DNA of 64,000 nucleotides from Patescibacteria group bacterium (GCA_040390725.1 JAZJXT010000003.1:34502-98501); one strand, 5' to 3'; shown: positions 46,420 through 57,258, counted from the stretch's first letter. Program-made: numbers and translations. The notes: generated by a model from the sequence alone, not told the origin.

Positions 46420-47463
46420 ATGAATCATCAAAAAACAGAACTTTATTTTTTATTTTTTCTACTAGCGGTGGTTTTTGTCCTTAGCTTTTTTATTTTTCAG
46501 CCATTTCTTTACGCTCTTGTTTTTGCAGTAGTTTTCACTACGGTTTTTGCCGGAGTGCACAAGAAAATTCTTTTTTTAACGCGTCAGAATAAAGGTTTGG
46601 CTGCATTATTATCCACCGTCTTAGTCCTAGCTATTGTCATCACTCCTTTGGTATTTTTAACCGTACAGATGTTTCGCGAGACGACATCCATTTATTCCTC
46701 TATAGCAACTAACGGCGGGCTGAATGATTTCTCAGGATTTATCACAAGTAAATTACATAGCTTGGAGAGATTTATCCACGTGCCTATCCATGTGCCGGCG
46801 GGAGTTTCATTGAATATGAATCAATACCTCAAAAATGGTCTTGATTGGTTGATACAAAATTTAGGATTTATTTTTTCGCATGCAATATTTATAATGGGTA
46901 GTTTTATAGTTTTTCTTATCGCGCTTTATTATTTATTTAAAGACGGAAAAGATTTAAAAGAATCTTTAATTAAATTAAGTCCGTTAAAAGATGTTTATAG
47001 TGAAAAGATTTTTACAAAATTAAGCATGGCGACTAATTCTGTCGTGATCGGCAGTCTTTTGATAGCCGTCATTCAGGGTATCTTTGCGACGGCGGGTTTT
47101 GCTATCTTTGGAGTTCCGAATGCCGTAGTCTGGGGCAGTATCGCATCTCTGGCGGCCTTGATACCGGGTGTCGGTACATCTTTAGTGGTGATTCCCGCTG
47201 TGATTTTTTTATTTTTCAAAGGAAACATGTTTCACACTTTCGGGCTTTTGATTTGGGGAGTCACTATTGTTACTCTTATTGATAACGGCCTAAAACCAAA
47301 ACTAATAGAAAGGGGAATGACGATACATCCGTTTTTGATTTTGCTTTCCGCATTGGGAGGTATAGTATTTTTCGGGCCGATTGGATTTTTGTTGGGCCCG
47401 TTGGTCTTGGGTTTACTTTTTGTTTTGCTTGAAATTTATTCTTCCATCCAAAAAGAAAGTTAA
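46420..47463 (+). CDS. AI-2E family transporter (PerM/UPF0118)
   Basis: 347 aa, 7-8 TM, N-terminal MNHQKTELYFLFFLLAVVFVLSFFIFQPFL and overall layout typical of AI-2E. Confidence 0.7.
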   Translation: MNHQKTELYFLFFLLAVVFVLSFFIFQPFLYALVFAVVFTTVFAGVHKKILFLTRQNKGLAALLSTVLVLAIVITPLVFLTVQMFRETTSIYSSIATNGGLNDFSGFITSKLHSLERFIHVPIHVPAGVSLNMNQYLKNGLDWLIQNLGFIFSHAIFIMGSFIVFLIALYYLFKDGKDLKESLIKLSPLKDVYSEKIFTKLSMATNSVVIGSLLIAVIQGIFATAGFAIFGVPNAVVWGSIASLAALIPGVGTSLVVIPAVIFLFFKGNMFHTFGLLIWGVTIVTLIDNGLKPKLIERGMTIHPFLILLSALGGIVFFGPIGFLLGPLVLGLLFVLLEIYSSIQKES

Positions 47464-47481
47464 TATTATTGTAAATAATTT

Positions 47482-49737
47482 ATGCGCAAATTTGAACTTT
47501 ACAGACGAGTACTGCCGAGCGTGGGGCCTATTATTTTTAGAAATATTTTTGTTTTAGTAAATGCGATTATTCTTATTGTGGTTGTATTGCTCGTTGTTTT
47601 TGGTAATGGGCAAGCAGGGTTATTTCTGGGTATTGTTTTTTCCTTAAATACATTGATAGCTATCACTCAAGACATTCGTGCACGAATACTTTTGGAAAAA
47701 TTACAGATGCTAACTGCTCTTAAGGTTGTCCGTATTAATAAAGACAAAACGGAAGAATTGATAATGGCGGAAGAAATACTGAGAGGTGATTTATTAAAAT
47801 TAAAACTTGGCGATCAAATGCCTTGCGAGGGAGTATTAATTTCTTCAGATAATATGGAAGTCTCCGAAGCATTAGTGACAGGTGAATCTGATTCATTTCC
47901 TAAAAAAATAGGGGACAAGGTTATAGCAGGGGCTATTATTACTTCTGGTTTTGGTATTGCGGAGGCGCAAGAAATTTTTCATCAAAGTAGACTTTCTGTG
48001 ATAGCTGAAGATGTAAAAAAATATGCGGCGAGTCCGAGCTCTATTCAGCGGGCTACGACAAATGTTATAAAATATTCCGGATATATTTTACTTATTGTTA
48101 TTTTATTTGTTATTTCGCGCGGAGTTTTGATGCATGCATCAAGGTTGGAAATAGTGAACAATATCGGTGCATTGGCCAGCACGATAGTGCCACAAGGCTT
48201 GGTGGTAGTTTTGACTTTGCTTTTTGCCATTGGGGCCGCCAGCTATTCCAGGAAAAATGTTCTTTTTCAGGAAATAAATGCGACGGAAAAACTCGGGCGA
48301 ATAAAAAATCTTTGCATGGACAAGACGGGCACTCTTACAGATAATGTGTTGGTTGTCGAAGATATGCATGTATTAAAAGAATTTCGAGATACGGACGCAG
48401 AGGCATTGGTGTTCTCATATATTTTAGGCTCCGGAGATTCATCGCAGACTATCTTGGCAGTAAAAAAATATTTAGAAAGTAAAAATGATAATTTAAATAA
48501 TAAAAAAATTGAAGTTGTCAGCGCACTACCTTTTTCTTCTTGGCGGCAATACGGAGCGGTGGAAATAATGGGAGATATGGGAAAGCAAGCTGTATTTGTG
48601 GGCACACCGGAGCTTTTTCTAAACAGTATTTCTGGGGTTGAAGAAAAAAAATTATTGCAAAAGATAGTTTTAGAAAATGCACGAGCGGGGAAAAGAGTTT
48701 TATGCGTGGCTCATTCCAGTGATGCAGAACTTCCAAAAGATTTATCCAACACAAGCCTGTCTATGGTGGCTATATTTGTTTTTAAAAATACTTTTAGGCA
48801 GGGAATAAATGATGCAGTAAAATTTTTCCAAAATCGAGGTGTACGAATACGAATACTTTCCGGAGATAATCCGGCTACTGTGTGCAGAGTCGCGGAAGAT
48901 GTGGGAGTAAATTGCGCCGGTGACATGGTGACCGGAGAAGAAATGGCAAAATGGAGCGAAAAAGATTTTGAAAATCAAGCACATAAATACACAATCTTTG
49001 CGCAGATTTTACCGGAACAAAAAGTGAAACTCATCGAAGCATTTAAAAAAGATGGATTTACGGCCATGGTGGGAGATGGAGTCAATGATGCCTTGGCAAT
49101 GAAAAAAGCAGACCTAGGAATAGCTATGTTTGACGGAGTTCCGGTGACTCGGCAACTTGCCGGAGTAATATTGATGACCAATAGTTTTGCAGATTTACCC
49201 GGCGCAGTGGAATTGGCAGATCATTTTATTCGGAGTATTGAAATAAGTTCCGGTACTTATATCAATCAAAGCTTTGCGGGCTTGTTATTTTTTGTGGTTA
49301 TTAGCATTTTCGGGTATGCATTTCCATTTACTCCGCTCAATATTACTTTTATGAATTATTTTACTGTAGGATTGCCGGGTATTTTGATTGCGTATTGGGC
49401 ATTGCGTCCTATGGGTAAAATATTACCAAAAAATAATAAATCTTTTTTAGGCAGAATAATGCCTTTAGTTATTTATTGCGGTATTATAGAAGCCATAGGT
49501 GTATCTTTTATATATATTTTAAGTTTACAATATATAAAAAATTCTAGTACATTGGCGGGACTTTCTTTTATTTTATTTGGCTTTGTGTTTTTATTTTTTG
49601 CTGTAAAAACGTATTGTGGTTCTATTACAAAAAGGGAGGTATTTCAGCTTCTCTTGCTTGTGTTATTTGAACTTGTAATTATTTACCTGGCTATTCATAT
49701 ATCATTTATTATTAAGTTCTTTAACATCATGCTTTAG
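47482..49737 (+). CDS. P-type cation-transporting ATPase
   Basis: TGES actuator motif, phosphorylation site CMDKTGTLT, hinge motif MVGDGVNDALAMKKADLGIAM; 751 aa. Confidence 0.88.
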   Translation: MRKFELYRRVLPSVGPIIFRNIFVLVNAIILIVVVLLVVFGNGQAGLFLGIVFSLNTLIAITQDIRARILLEKLQMLTALKVVRINKDKTEELIMAEEILRGDLLKLKLGDQMPCEGVLISSDNMEVSEALVTGESDSFPKKIGDKVIAGAIITSGFGIAEAQEIFHQSRLSVIAEDVKKYAASPSSIQRATTNVIKYSGYILLIVILFVISRGVLMHASRLEIVNNIGALASTIVPQGLVVVLTLLFAIGAASYSRKNVLFQEINATEKLGRIKNLCMDKTGTLTDNVLVVEDMHVLKEFRDTDAEALVFSYILGSGDSSQTILAVKKYLESKNDNLNNKKIEVVSALPFSSWRQYGAVEIMGDMGKQAVFVGTPELFLNSISGVEEKKLLQKIVLENARAGKRVLCVAHSSDAELPKDLSNTSLSMVAIFVFKNTFRQGINDAVKFFQNRGVRIRILSGDNPATVCRVAEDVGVNCAGDMVTGEEMAKWSEKDFENQAHKYTIFAQILPEQKVKLIEAFKKDGFTAMVGDGVNDALAMKKADLGIAMFDGVPVTRQLAGVILMTNSFADLPGAVELADHFIRSIEISSGTYINQSFAGLLFFVVISIFGYAFPFTPLNITFMNYFTVGLPGILIAYWALRPMGKILPKNNKSFLGRIMPLVIYCGIIEAIGVSFIYILSLQYIKNSSTLAGLSFILFGFVFLFFAVKTYCGSITKREVFQLLLLVLFELVIIYLAIHISFIIKFFNIML

Positions 49738-49803
49738 TTTTATATTTACGCACCAAGGTGATATAATATGGCGTATATATTAGTGTAAAAATTATTCGGA
49801 CTA

Positions 49804-50988
49804 ATGAAAAATTTAGAAGAAAAATTAAATATCGCGATGATTTGCGACCCTATCGGTGGCAATAAATCTGGCGTAGTAGTATCCACTATGCGTTTTTCTA
49901 AACTTTTAAAAGACAGGGGGCACAATATTATTTTTGTCGGAGCACGCTCTCTGGAGCACAAAGACCATAGTCATCACCATGGCATAAAAGCTTATCGTTA
50001 TCGGAGTTTACCTATTCCAAAATCCGGAGGCTGGAATCTTTCTTTTCCTACGGTCGGGGAATTAAAAAAAGTTTTTATAGAAGAGAAAATAAATGTAGTG
50101 CATATTGTTTTGCCGATGGCTAGCTCAATAGTGGCTATAAAGGCGGCGCGATCTTTAAATATAAAAATGGTGGCGCATTCGCATTCTCAGCCGGAGAATT
50201 TATTTATGGATATGCCAAAAATAATTCGTCCTACATTGGACAGTTTATGGAATAAATATTTAGCCTGGACTTATGGCAAAGCAGAATCATTAATTTATCC
50301 GTCAGAGATGGCGCGTAGCTTGCTCGATAAATTGAGCAAGAAAAACCAGCCTTCGTCTGTAGTGAGTAATGGAATAAATTTGCAAGACTTCCAGCCGAAG
50401 GGTGTGGGGGATTTTTATGAAAAATTTAATATACCGACAGATAGAGTAAAATTACTTTTTGTAGGCAGATTGTTTCCAGAAAAATCCATTGATACTTTAA
50501 TAAAAGCAATGCCATTTATAATTAAAAAACATCCAAAGACTCATTTAATGATAGTCGGCGGGGGACACTTGAGGTCAAGCTTGGAAAAGTTGGCGCACAA
50601 ACTAGGTGTCAGTAAACATATTACTTTTTTGGGCTTGATAAGTGAAGAAGATAAAATATCAGCTTATAATGCTTGCGATATATTTATTTTGCCGTCATTG
50701 GCGGAGCTCGAGGGGATGGTGGTGCTCGAGGCTATGGCTTGCGGTAAGCCTATCATTGTCTCTGATGCTGAGATGAGCGCATCGCGGTATTTTGTGGATG
50801 GCAACGGTTTTTTATTTAAAACACAGGATCATGAAGACCTGGCACATCAGGCGTTGAAACTGATTATTGATACGGATTTGCGCAATAAAATGGGCATAGT
50901 TAGTTTGGCAAAAATTCAGAATTATGATATAAATAAGAGCGTTGAATTACTGGAAGAAGTTTACTATTCTGCTTTAAATAAAAAATGA
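49804..50988 (+). CDS. GT4-family glycosyltransferase
   Basis: C-terminal EX7E-type region …EGMVVLEAMACGKPIIVSD…. Confidence 0.8.
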   Translation: MKNLEEKLNIAMICDPIGGNKSGVVVSTMRFSKLLKDRGHNIIFVGARSLEHKDHSHHHGIKAYRYRSLPIPKSGGWNLSFPTVGELKKVFIEEKINVVHIVLPMASSIVAIKAARSLNIKMVAHSHSQPENLFMDMPKIIRPTLDSLWNKYLAWTYGKAESLIYPSEMARSLLDKLSKKNQPSSVVSNGINLQDFQPKGVGDFYEKFNIPTDRVKLLFVGRLFPEKSIDTLIKAMPFIIKKHPKTHLMIVGGGHLRSSLEKLAHKLGVSKHITFLGLISEEDKISAYNACDIFILPSLAELEGMVVLEAMACGKPIIVSDAEMSASRYFVDGNGFLFKTQDHEDLAHQALKLIIDTDLRNKMGIVSLAKIQNYDINKSVELLEEVYYSALNKK

Positions 50989-51809
50989 AAGAACATTTTT
51001 GGGAAGAAAAAGGTATCTATTATAGAATGAATGAGTTCAAGCCGAATAGGTTGACCTTGGTTTTTATACATGGACTTTCGGGTTCTTCTTCGGCTTGGTG
51101 GCCTTATGAAAAAATATTTGAAAATAAATATAATATGCTGACTTACGATATTCGTGGACATGGAAAATCAAAAAAATTCTCAAATTATTCTGATTATGAA
51201 ATAAAAAATTTCGCCAATGACTTGCACGACCTATTTTCATATCTTAAAATATCCCCATTCGTTTTGGTGGGGCATTCAATGGGTACATTGATCGCAGGTG
51301 AGTATATTAAACGATACAGAGAAAGTGTATTAGCTGTTATTTTTCTTTCACCGATTTTTAATATGGAAAAAGAATTTTCAGGAAAAATTTTACGTTTATT
51401 GCTTAGGTTAAATAAAATTTTTAGCTTATTCCCATTTAATCCAAAACTGGGGCATCATGTTGACTATGCAAAATATCCAAATACGACTGATTGGAATATG
51501 AAAAGATTTTTTGCGGATAGTTTAAATACTACATTTCGCGTTCATCTTTATTGCTTGAAGCAGTCTATGATGCTAGAGCAAGAGTATTTTTTAGAAAAAA
51601 TAAAAATACCCACATTGATTGTTCATGGAGTTAATGACTCTATGGTGCCGGTAAAAAATGCAATTACTTTGTCTGGAAAAATAGAGAATGCAGAGCTCGT
51701 ACTCATACCGAATACCGATCATATAGTAGTATTAAATAATGTAAAAGAAATATCAAAAATTGTAGAAGATTTTATAGAAAAAAATAAAGAAATTTTTAAA
51801 AATAATTAA
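50985..51809 (+). CDS. Alpha/beta-hydrolase fold protein
   Basis: Nucleophile elbow VGHSMGT (GxSxG), HGxxD-like C-terminal motif; start overlaps upstream stop (ATGA). Confidence 0.75.
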   Translation: MKEHFWEEKGIYYRMNEFKPNRLTLVFIHGLSGSSSAWWPYEKIFENKYNMLTYDIRGHGKSKKFSNYSDYEIKNFANDLHDLFSYLKISPFVLVGHSMGTLIAGEYIKRYRESVLAVIFLSPIFNMEKEFSGKILRLLLRLNKIFSLFPFNPKLGHHVDYAKYPNTTDWNMKRFFADSLNTTFRVHLYCLKQSMMLEQEYFLEKIKIPTLIVHGVNDSMVPVKNAITLSGKIENAELVLIPNTDHIVVLNNVKEISKIVEDFIEKNKEIFKNN

Positions 51810-51818
51810 TAAATTTAT

Positions 51819-52463
51819 ATGCAACACTATAAAGAATATTTTTCCAATAAAAGTTTTGTAATCTCCTTTATTTTAGGAGTTTTGGCTTTAGTGGTCAGTT
51901 ATATGGCGCAATTTTATTCGAGTCTTTATGCGACATCTATGTCGAGTTCTCCCGTGACGGATATCATACTTAGTAATACCAGAGTGTATGATGTAGACGG
52001 GATTTTTGTTTACGGATCAGTGGCGTTAGTCCTTCTTGTTCTTTGCATAGGATTGACCAGGTTAAATTATGCGCCTTTTATCATGAAGAGTGTGGCACTT
52101 TTTACTTTTATAAGGTCAATTTTTATAAGCTTGACACACGTTAGTCCATTTCCGACTCATGTGATAATCAGTTCTGATTTTTTTAGAGACCGGTTATTTT
52201 ATGGTATTTTTACGGGGAACGACCTTTTCTTTTCCGGACACACGGGAGTGCCTTTTCTTTTAGCTCTTATTTTTTGGGAACATAAAATACTAAGGATAGT
52301 TTTCCTTTGTTTTTCTGGGATTTTTGCAGTAGTCGTATTGCTCGGACATTTGCACTATTCTATAGATGTTTTGGCGGCATTCTTTATTTCTTATAGTATA
52401 TATGAGATTTCCAATAAATTTTTCAAGAAAGATAAAGAGCTTTTTTTAAAAAAAGTAGTATAA
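51819..52463 (+). CDS. PAP2-like integral membrane protein (tentative)
   Basis: 6 TM; FFSGHTG and HLHYSIDVLAA resemble PAP2 motifs 2/3 (PSGH, SRxxxxxHxxxD). Confidence 0.35.
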   Translation: MQHYKEYFSNKSFVISFILGVLALVVSYMAQFYSSLYATSMSSSPVTDIILSNTRVYDVDGIFVYGSVALVLLVLCIGLTRLNYAPFIMKSVALFTFIRSIFISLTHVSPFPTHVIISSDFFRDRLFYGIFTGNDLFFSGHTGVPFLLALIFWEHKILRIVFLCFSGIFAVVVLLGHLHYSIDVLAAFFISYSIYEISNKFFKKDKELFLKKVV

Positions 52464-52471
52464 TATAAAAT

Positions 52472-52870
52472 ATGGAAGAAAAACCAGTCAGGCATTATTA
52501 TGGCGATCAAATAAGAATATTGTTTATGTTTGCGGGAGTGCTCTTGGTAGTCACTTTTCCTTTTTTCAGTGAACTTTTTCATTTGCCAATTTTAATTCCT
52601 TTAATTGCTATTCTTACTCTAGCCGTATTGGGCGGTTTTTTGAACCCGGTGCATAAGTGGATTATTTATATAGATACTCTCGTGGCATCAGTCGCTTTTC
52701 TTTCATGTGAATATTATGCTGTGAATACTTATGTGCGTGGAGTTTTTGAAATTTCTCAAAATGTTTATTTTTTTTGGCTTAATCAAATCTTAGCTTTGTT
52801 CTTTTTCTTTGCCGTATATTTATGCATTAAAACTTTACGTGGAAAGATTTTGAACCCGAATAATCCATAA
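52472..52870 (+). CDS. Hypothetical membrane protein (4 TM)
   Basis: 132 aa hydrophobic ORF; terminator aacgagtaaggggttaccttactcgttttttt at about 52871-52908. Confidence 0.4.
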   Translation: MEEKPVRHYYGDQIRILFMFAGVLLVVTFPFFSELFHLPILIPLIAILTLAVLGGFLNPVHKWIIYIDTLVASVAFLSCEYYAVNTYVRGVFEISQNVYFFWLNQILALFFFFAVYLCIKTLRGKILNPNNP

Positions 52871-52915
52871 AAAAACGAGTAAGGGGTTACCTTACTCGTT
52901 TTTTTATTTTCTATT

Positions 52916-53155
52916 TTAATAATCTTTTGAAGATAGTCTGCCGGCGATGATCTGGTCGATAACCCGGGCTATTTCTCGAAGACGATTACGCATGTATTCT
53001 CTGTTGCGGTCTTCAGCATCTGCTGAAGTTGGTGGACTGCTCCAGTAATAGTCAATTATATCCCTATTAAGAGGGTCACGTACAGTATTTCTAATATCTT
53101 CTAAGATTCTATTTTGTCTGGCTTTTGCATTTTCAATATCAAATTCATCTGACAT
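52916..53155 (-). CDS. Small hypothetical protein, 79 aa
   Basis: Charged helical ORF; no recognised domain. Confidence 0.3.
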   Translation of the reverse strand: MSDEFDIENAKARQNRILEDIRNTVRDPLNRDIIDYYWSSPPTSADAEDRNREYMRNRLREIARVIDQIIAGRLSSKDY

Positions 53156-53259
53156 ATATTTTTATAAGTTATTTATAATTTAATATTATAGCATGGTTTT
53201 AAATATGCACCATTTTTATTGTTTCCTCGTATATAAAAAGGGTGTATAATAAATGTATG

Positions 53260-53727
53260 AAAAAATTAACTTCATTTTTAGAACTTTATTCGCATAGCGT
53301 TCTTCGTATTGGATTGTCTATGGTTATTCTTTGGTTTAGTTCACAACAGTTTTTACACACCGATGCGTGGACGGCATATGTGCCGGATTCAGCTGTGGCT
53401 GTGACGCATTTGAGTGCAGTGACTCTCGTTTATTTTAATGCAGTGTTTGAATTGGTTTTCGGCATTATACTTTTATTCGGATGGAAAACAAGATTAGCCG
53501 CGTTTCTACTTTCTTTGCATCTTTTCGATATAATGTATGTCGTTGGTTATGGAGAAATAGGTGTGCGGGATTTTGGGCTCGCTGTCGCTACATTTACTGT
53601 ATTTATGAATGGACCGGATATGCTTTGTGCGGATCAAAAGAAAAATTATGATAATGTAGAAAGTATTAAAAATTTTTTACCCAAGGCGGATCAGCCTGTG
53701 GTTGAAAAAGTAAAAAAGTTTATTTAA
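53260..53727 (+). CDS. DoxX-family membrane protein
   Basis: 4 TM with …LRIGLSMVILWFSSQQF… pattern typical of DoxX/DoxD-like proteins. Confidence 0.5.
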   Translation, partial: KKLTSFLELYSHSVLRIGLSMVILWFSSQQFLHTDAWTAYVPDSAVAVTHLSAVTLVYFNAVFELVFGIILLFGWKTRLAAFLLSLHLFDIMYVVGYGEIGVRDFGLAVATFTVFMNGPDMLCADQKKNYDNVESIKNFLPKADQPVVEKVKKFI

Positions 53728-53746
53728 AAATAATTAAAAAAATAAA

Positions 53747-54211
53747 ATGCAAAAGAAAATAGGAATTTTTATAGGAATTATAGTTGTGCTTGGTGTAGGA
53801 TTTGTAACAATCTTTTCCGGAAAGAAAGATTCAACTAGCGCAGTTGTTCCTGTGGCGGATAATTCTACTGCGACACAATTGCCTCCTGCTGATAATGTGA
53901 AACGTACTTCTTCTGGGTATAAAGATGGCACATATTCTGCTACTGGTTCGTACATGTCTCCGGGCGGATATGATCAATTAGGTGTTTCGCTTACTTTGAA
54001 AGATGGAATTATTACTGATGTTTCTGTTACCAACATGGCTGGTGATGAAAAATCAAAGAAAATTCAAGATATGTTTATTGCTAATTATAAACAGTACGTC
54101 GTTGGTAGGAATATATCGGACTTAAATTTAACTAAAGTTTCCGGCTCTTCACTCACTCCACAAGGATTCAATGACGCTATTGAGCAGATAAAAACTCAAG
54201 CTCAAGCGTAA
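53747..54211 (+). CDS. FMN-binding domain protein (membrane-anchored, extracytoplasmic)
   Basis: N-terminal TM; …YKDGTYSATGSYMSPGGYDQLGVSLTLKDGIITDVSV… resembles the FMN_bind domain of RnfG/NqrC including the flavinylated Ser/Thr context. Confidence 0.55.
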   Translation: MQKKIGIFIGIIVVLGVGFVTIFSGKKDSTSAVVPVADNSTATQLPPADNVKRTSSGYKDGTYSATGSYMSPGGYDQLGVSLTLKDGIITDVSVTNMAGDEKSKKIQDMFIANYKQYVVGRNISDLNLTKVSGSSLTPQGFNDAIEQIKTQAQA

Positions 54212-54215
54212 CTAA

Positions 54216-55091
54216 ATGATACAGTTTAATTTCGAAGGCATAGGCACAGCTTGGGTTATAGATATATACAAAGACCTCACTAAAAGTAAGGAAGAAAATA
54301 TTCTTTCTAAAATAAAAAATAGAATAGAAATTTTTGATAAAAATTATTCTAGATTTCGTGATGACTCGTTAGTGACAAAAATGTCCAAAGATATAGGAGA
54401 TTTTTTATTGCCTGACGATGCGGAAGAAATGTTTTCACTTTATTATGATTTATATTTAAAAACTAATGGGTTATTTACTCCTTTAGTAGGCGACCTTTTG
54501 TCTGACGCCGGATATGATGCAAAGTATTCTTTGAAACAAAGAAAAGATTTAGAAATACCGTTGGCATGGGAAGAAGTGATGGAATATAAATTTCCAAATT
54601 TAAAAATAAACAAACCCGTACTTCTGGATTTTGGCGCAGGGGGCAAAGGCTATCTTGTTGATTTGGTGGCGAAAGTTTTGGAAGAAGATAATATTTTTGA
54701 GTATTGTATTGATGCGGGAGGAGATATACTACATAAAGGTAAAATGCCTATTCGTGTTGGGCTTGAAAATCCGGAAAACATAAAACAAGTTATTGGTGTT
54801 TATAATTTACAAAATAAAAGTATCTGCGGTTCCGCGGGGAATCGTCGTAAATGGGGCAATTTTACCCATATTTTTAACCCTAAAACCCTCACTTCTCCTG
54901 ATGAAATTATAGGTGTATGGGTCGTTGCTAAAACTGCACTTTTAGCTGATGCTCTGGCGACGTGTTTATTTTTTGTATCAGCAGAAAATCTTTTTGATTA
55001 TGAATTTGAATATATTTTAATTAAAAAAGATTTTTCAGTAGAAAAGTCTAAAAATTTTTCCGGAGAGATTTTTAGTGCGAATAATCTATAA
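54216..55091 (+). CDS. FAD:protein FMN transferase (ApbE family)
   Basis: …LLDFGAGGKGYLVDLVA…IDAGGDI… ApbE signature motifs; downstream of an FMN_bind substrate-type protein. Confidence 0.75.
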   Translation: MIQFNFEGIGTAWVIDIYKDLTKSKEENILSKIKNRIEIFDKNYSRFRDDSLVTKMSKDIGDFLLPDDAEEMFSLYYDLYLKTNGLFTPLVGDLLSDAGYDAKYSLKQRKDLEIPLAWEEVMEYKFPNLKINKPVLLDFGAGGKGYLVDLVAKVLEEDNIFEYCIDAGGDILHKGKMPIRVGLENPENIKQVIGVYNLQNKSICGSAGNRRKWGNFTHIFNPKTLTSPDEIIGVWVVAKTALLADALATCLFFVSAENLFDYEFEYILIKKDFSVEKSKNFSGEIFSANNL

Positions 55092-55679
55092 ACAATGTTT
55101 TAAAAAATGTTCGTGGAAAATAGGGGAAGTGAATTCAGGGTGGAAGCAAGTTGCTAAATAATATTTATTCCCGATTTTTTCTTCACAGGCTAGAATTTCT
55201 TTATTCTTTTCTGCGAGAATTGCGACGTTCTTACCTATTGATTTTATTTTTGGTGCGCGTATAAATACTGCATTTATGTTACCGAGTTTTGTTTCTATTT
55301 CTTCTTCGAAAGATTCGCTTTGTGTGCCGTAGGCATTTCTGTCTATTTTGATATTCATCAGTTCAAAAGTTTTTTGGTTTTTGGTTTTATGTAGGACTTT
55401 TTTGGCTAGGAGTATCGCTCCGGCGCAAGTGCCGAAGATATTTTTTATCTTTTTTATTTCGTTAAAAATCTTTGCCTCGTCGCAGAGTTTTTGCATAGTG
55501 GTGCTTTCCCCGCCGGGGATTACTAGCCCATCTAAATTTTCTAAATCTTTTTTTGTTCGCGTCCAAATAACATTTAAATTTATTTTTAAATTTTCTCCGG
55601 CTTTTTTGAGAGCTTGTTCATGCTCGATAACATCTCCATGAAAAGCTAAAATGCCTATGTTTAATGATTTTTTCACCAT
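55086..55679 (-). CDS. pdxT: Pyridoxal 5'-phosphate synthase glutaminase subunit PdxT
   Basis: Class I amidotransferase: IGILAFHGD…, catalytic GTCAG, C-terminal HPE. Confidence 0.85.
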   Translation of the reverse strand: MVKKSLNIGILAFHGDVIEHEQALKKAGENLKINLNVIWTRTKKDLENLDGLVIPGGESTTMQKLCDEAKIFNEIKKIKNIFGTCAGAILLAKKVLHKTKNQKTFELMNIKIDRNAYGTQSESFEEEIETKLGNINAVFIRAPKIKSIGKNVAILAEKNKEILACEEKIGNKYYLATCFHPEFTSPIFHEHFLKHCL

Positions 55680-55693
55680 AATTTAATAATGAA

Positions 55694-56620
55694 TTAGTTG
55701 CCTCGTTCCTCCATCCTGGTAGCGAGGGTAGCTATTTCCAAGCCTTTCATAGCATCACCCAGACCTTCACTCACATCAGCTATTATTTTTGCATCATTAT
55801 AATGCGCGACTGCGTCTACAATTGCCTTTGCCATTTTCTTTGGATTGGAACTTTTAAAAATTCCCGAGCCGACGAAAACTCCGTCTACTCCCATTTGCAT
55901 GCATAGCGCCGCATCAGCTGGAGTGGCTATGCCTCCTGCCGCGAAATTTACCAATGGCAAGCGCTCAAGCTTTGCAGTTTGTAAAACTAATTCTACCGGC
56001 ACTCTATATTCTTTCGCGAGTTCATTTAATTTTTTTGTATTTTTATTTTTTAATAAAGTTTGGAGTTCTGCAATACCTTCATTTAATGCGCGGATGTGTT
56101 TGACTGCTTCTACGATATTTCCCGTGCCGGCTTCACCTTTGGTGCGCATCATCGCAGCGCCTTCATTTATCCTGCGCAATGCTTCGCCTAAATTCCTGGA
56201 ACCACAAACAAAAGGCACTTTGAAATTATTTTTATTGATGTGGAATTTTTCATCAGCCGGAGTCAAAACTTCACTTTCATCAATATAGTCTATACCAAGA
56301 GATTCTAGGACTTGTGCCTCTACAAAATGCCCGATTCTGCATTTTGCCATCACTGGAATAGTAACTGCTTTTTGAATTCCTTTAATCATTTTAGGGTCTG
56401 ACATTCTGGCAACTCCGCCCATAGCGCGTATGTCTGATGGCACTCGTTCGAGCGCCATCACAGCCACAGCTCCTGCATTCTCGGCGATTTTAGCCTGTTC
56501 GGCATTTACGACGTCCATAATAACCCCACCTTTTAGCATCTGAGCCAATCCGGACTTTAAAGTAAAACCACCTTTCTTTTTTGGTTCTATTTTTTTCATA
56601 ATTTTATATGGGATTATCAT
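55694..56620 (-). CDS. pdxS: Pyridoxal 5'-phosphate synthase lyase subunit PdxS
   Basis: …[37 protein letters not shown]… highly conserved PdxS N-terminus; (beta/alpha)8 barrel length. Confidence 0.92.
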   Translation of the reverse strand: MIIPYKIMKKIEPKKKGGFTLKSGLAQMLKGGVIMDVVNAEQAKIAENAGAVAVMALERVPSDIRAMGGVARMSDPKMIKGIQKAVTIPVMAKCRIGHFVEAQVLESLGIDYIDESEVLTPADEKFHINKNNFKVPFVCGSRNLGEALRRINEGAAMMRTKGEAGTGNIVEAVKHIRALNEGIAELQTLLKNKNTKKLNELAKEYRVPVELVLQTAKLERLPLVNFAAGGIATPADAALCMQMGVDGVFVGSGIFKSSNPKKMAKAIVDAVAHYNDAKIIADVSEGLGDAMKGLEIATLATRMEERGN

Positions 56621-56668
56621 ATCATATTTTAATAAAAATAAATTTTTTTGCCTGCTTGAATGTTGTTC

Positions 56669-56697
56669 TTGATTTTATTCCCAAGCAGTGGTAGTCT
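56669..56697 (+). promoter_or_regulatory. Array promoter motif copy 1 (TTGATT-N17-TAGTCT, GTGGTAGTCT core)
   Basis: …cttgattttattcccaagcagtggtagtct…; same GTGGTAGTCT core as copies at 57795, 58769 and 60938. Confidence 0.5.
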
Positions 56698-56758
56698 AAT
56701 AAACGGATTTGTTCGGACGAACAGTTCAAAGATGTTTAACCTTTAAAAATTACATACC

Positions 56759-57160
56759 ATGAAAGTACTTCAAAGTTTAATTCAGACCCAGTCGAAATTA
56801 CATCCTCTTTTTGATAAATATTTTTCCGATGTAGAAGTATTTATTAAATTAGTAAAGCGAAAAGTCGGTACAAGTTTTATTTTTTCAGTGTCTTTTTTAA
56901 GGCCAAGCTTTAACTTTTTATTAACAATAAAAACCAAAGATGAAGAAGAAAGCAGGTTCGTAGAGATTCGTATACTCGAAAATGAAGTAAGCATCGAGTA
57001 TTTTCAAAGAGACAAACAAACTGTTAAAAAATCTTTACCCACTTATTCTACCGTTATGTTTAAGGTGGATGGAAACAATGTTGATGTTTTTGTCTTTGAA
57101 TTAGAATTTCAAGTAAAACATTTTCTACGGGGACAGCTTCCGTTCAAGTATCTGGACTAA
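56759..57160 (+). CDS. Hypothetical protein, 133 aa (array member 1)
   Basis: ORF about 60 nt downstream of array promoter copy 1. Confidence 0.4.
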   Translation: MKVLQSLIQTQSKLHPLFDKYFSDVEVFIKLVKRKVGTSFIFSVSFLRPSFNFLLTIKTKDEEESRFVEIRILENEVSIEYFQRDKQTVKKSLPTYSTVMFKVDGNNVDVFVFELEFQVKHFLRGQLPFKYLD

Positions 57161-57258
57161 ATATTATCGCTAAGTCCGAGACATGAAAGGCGGACATAAA
57201 AAATACCGAGTAGTATTAATTGTATTTTTTTTAGTTTTTTACCTTAAATTTTTAACTT

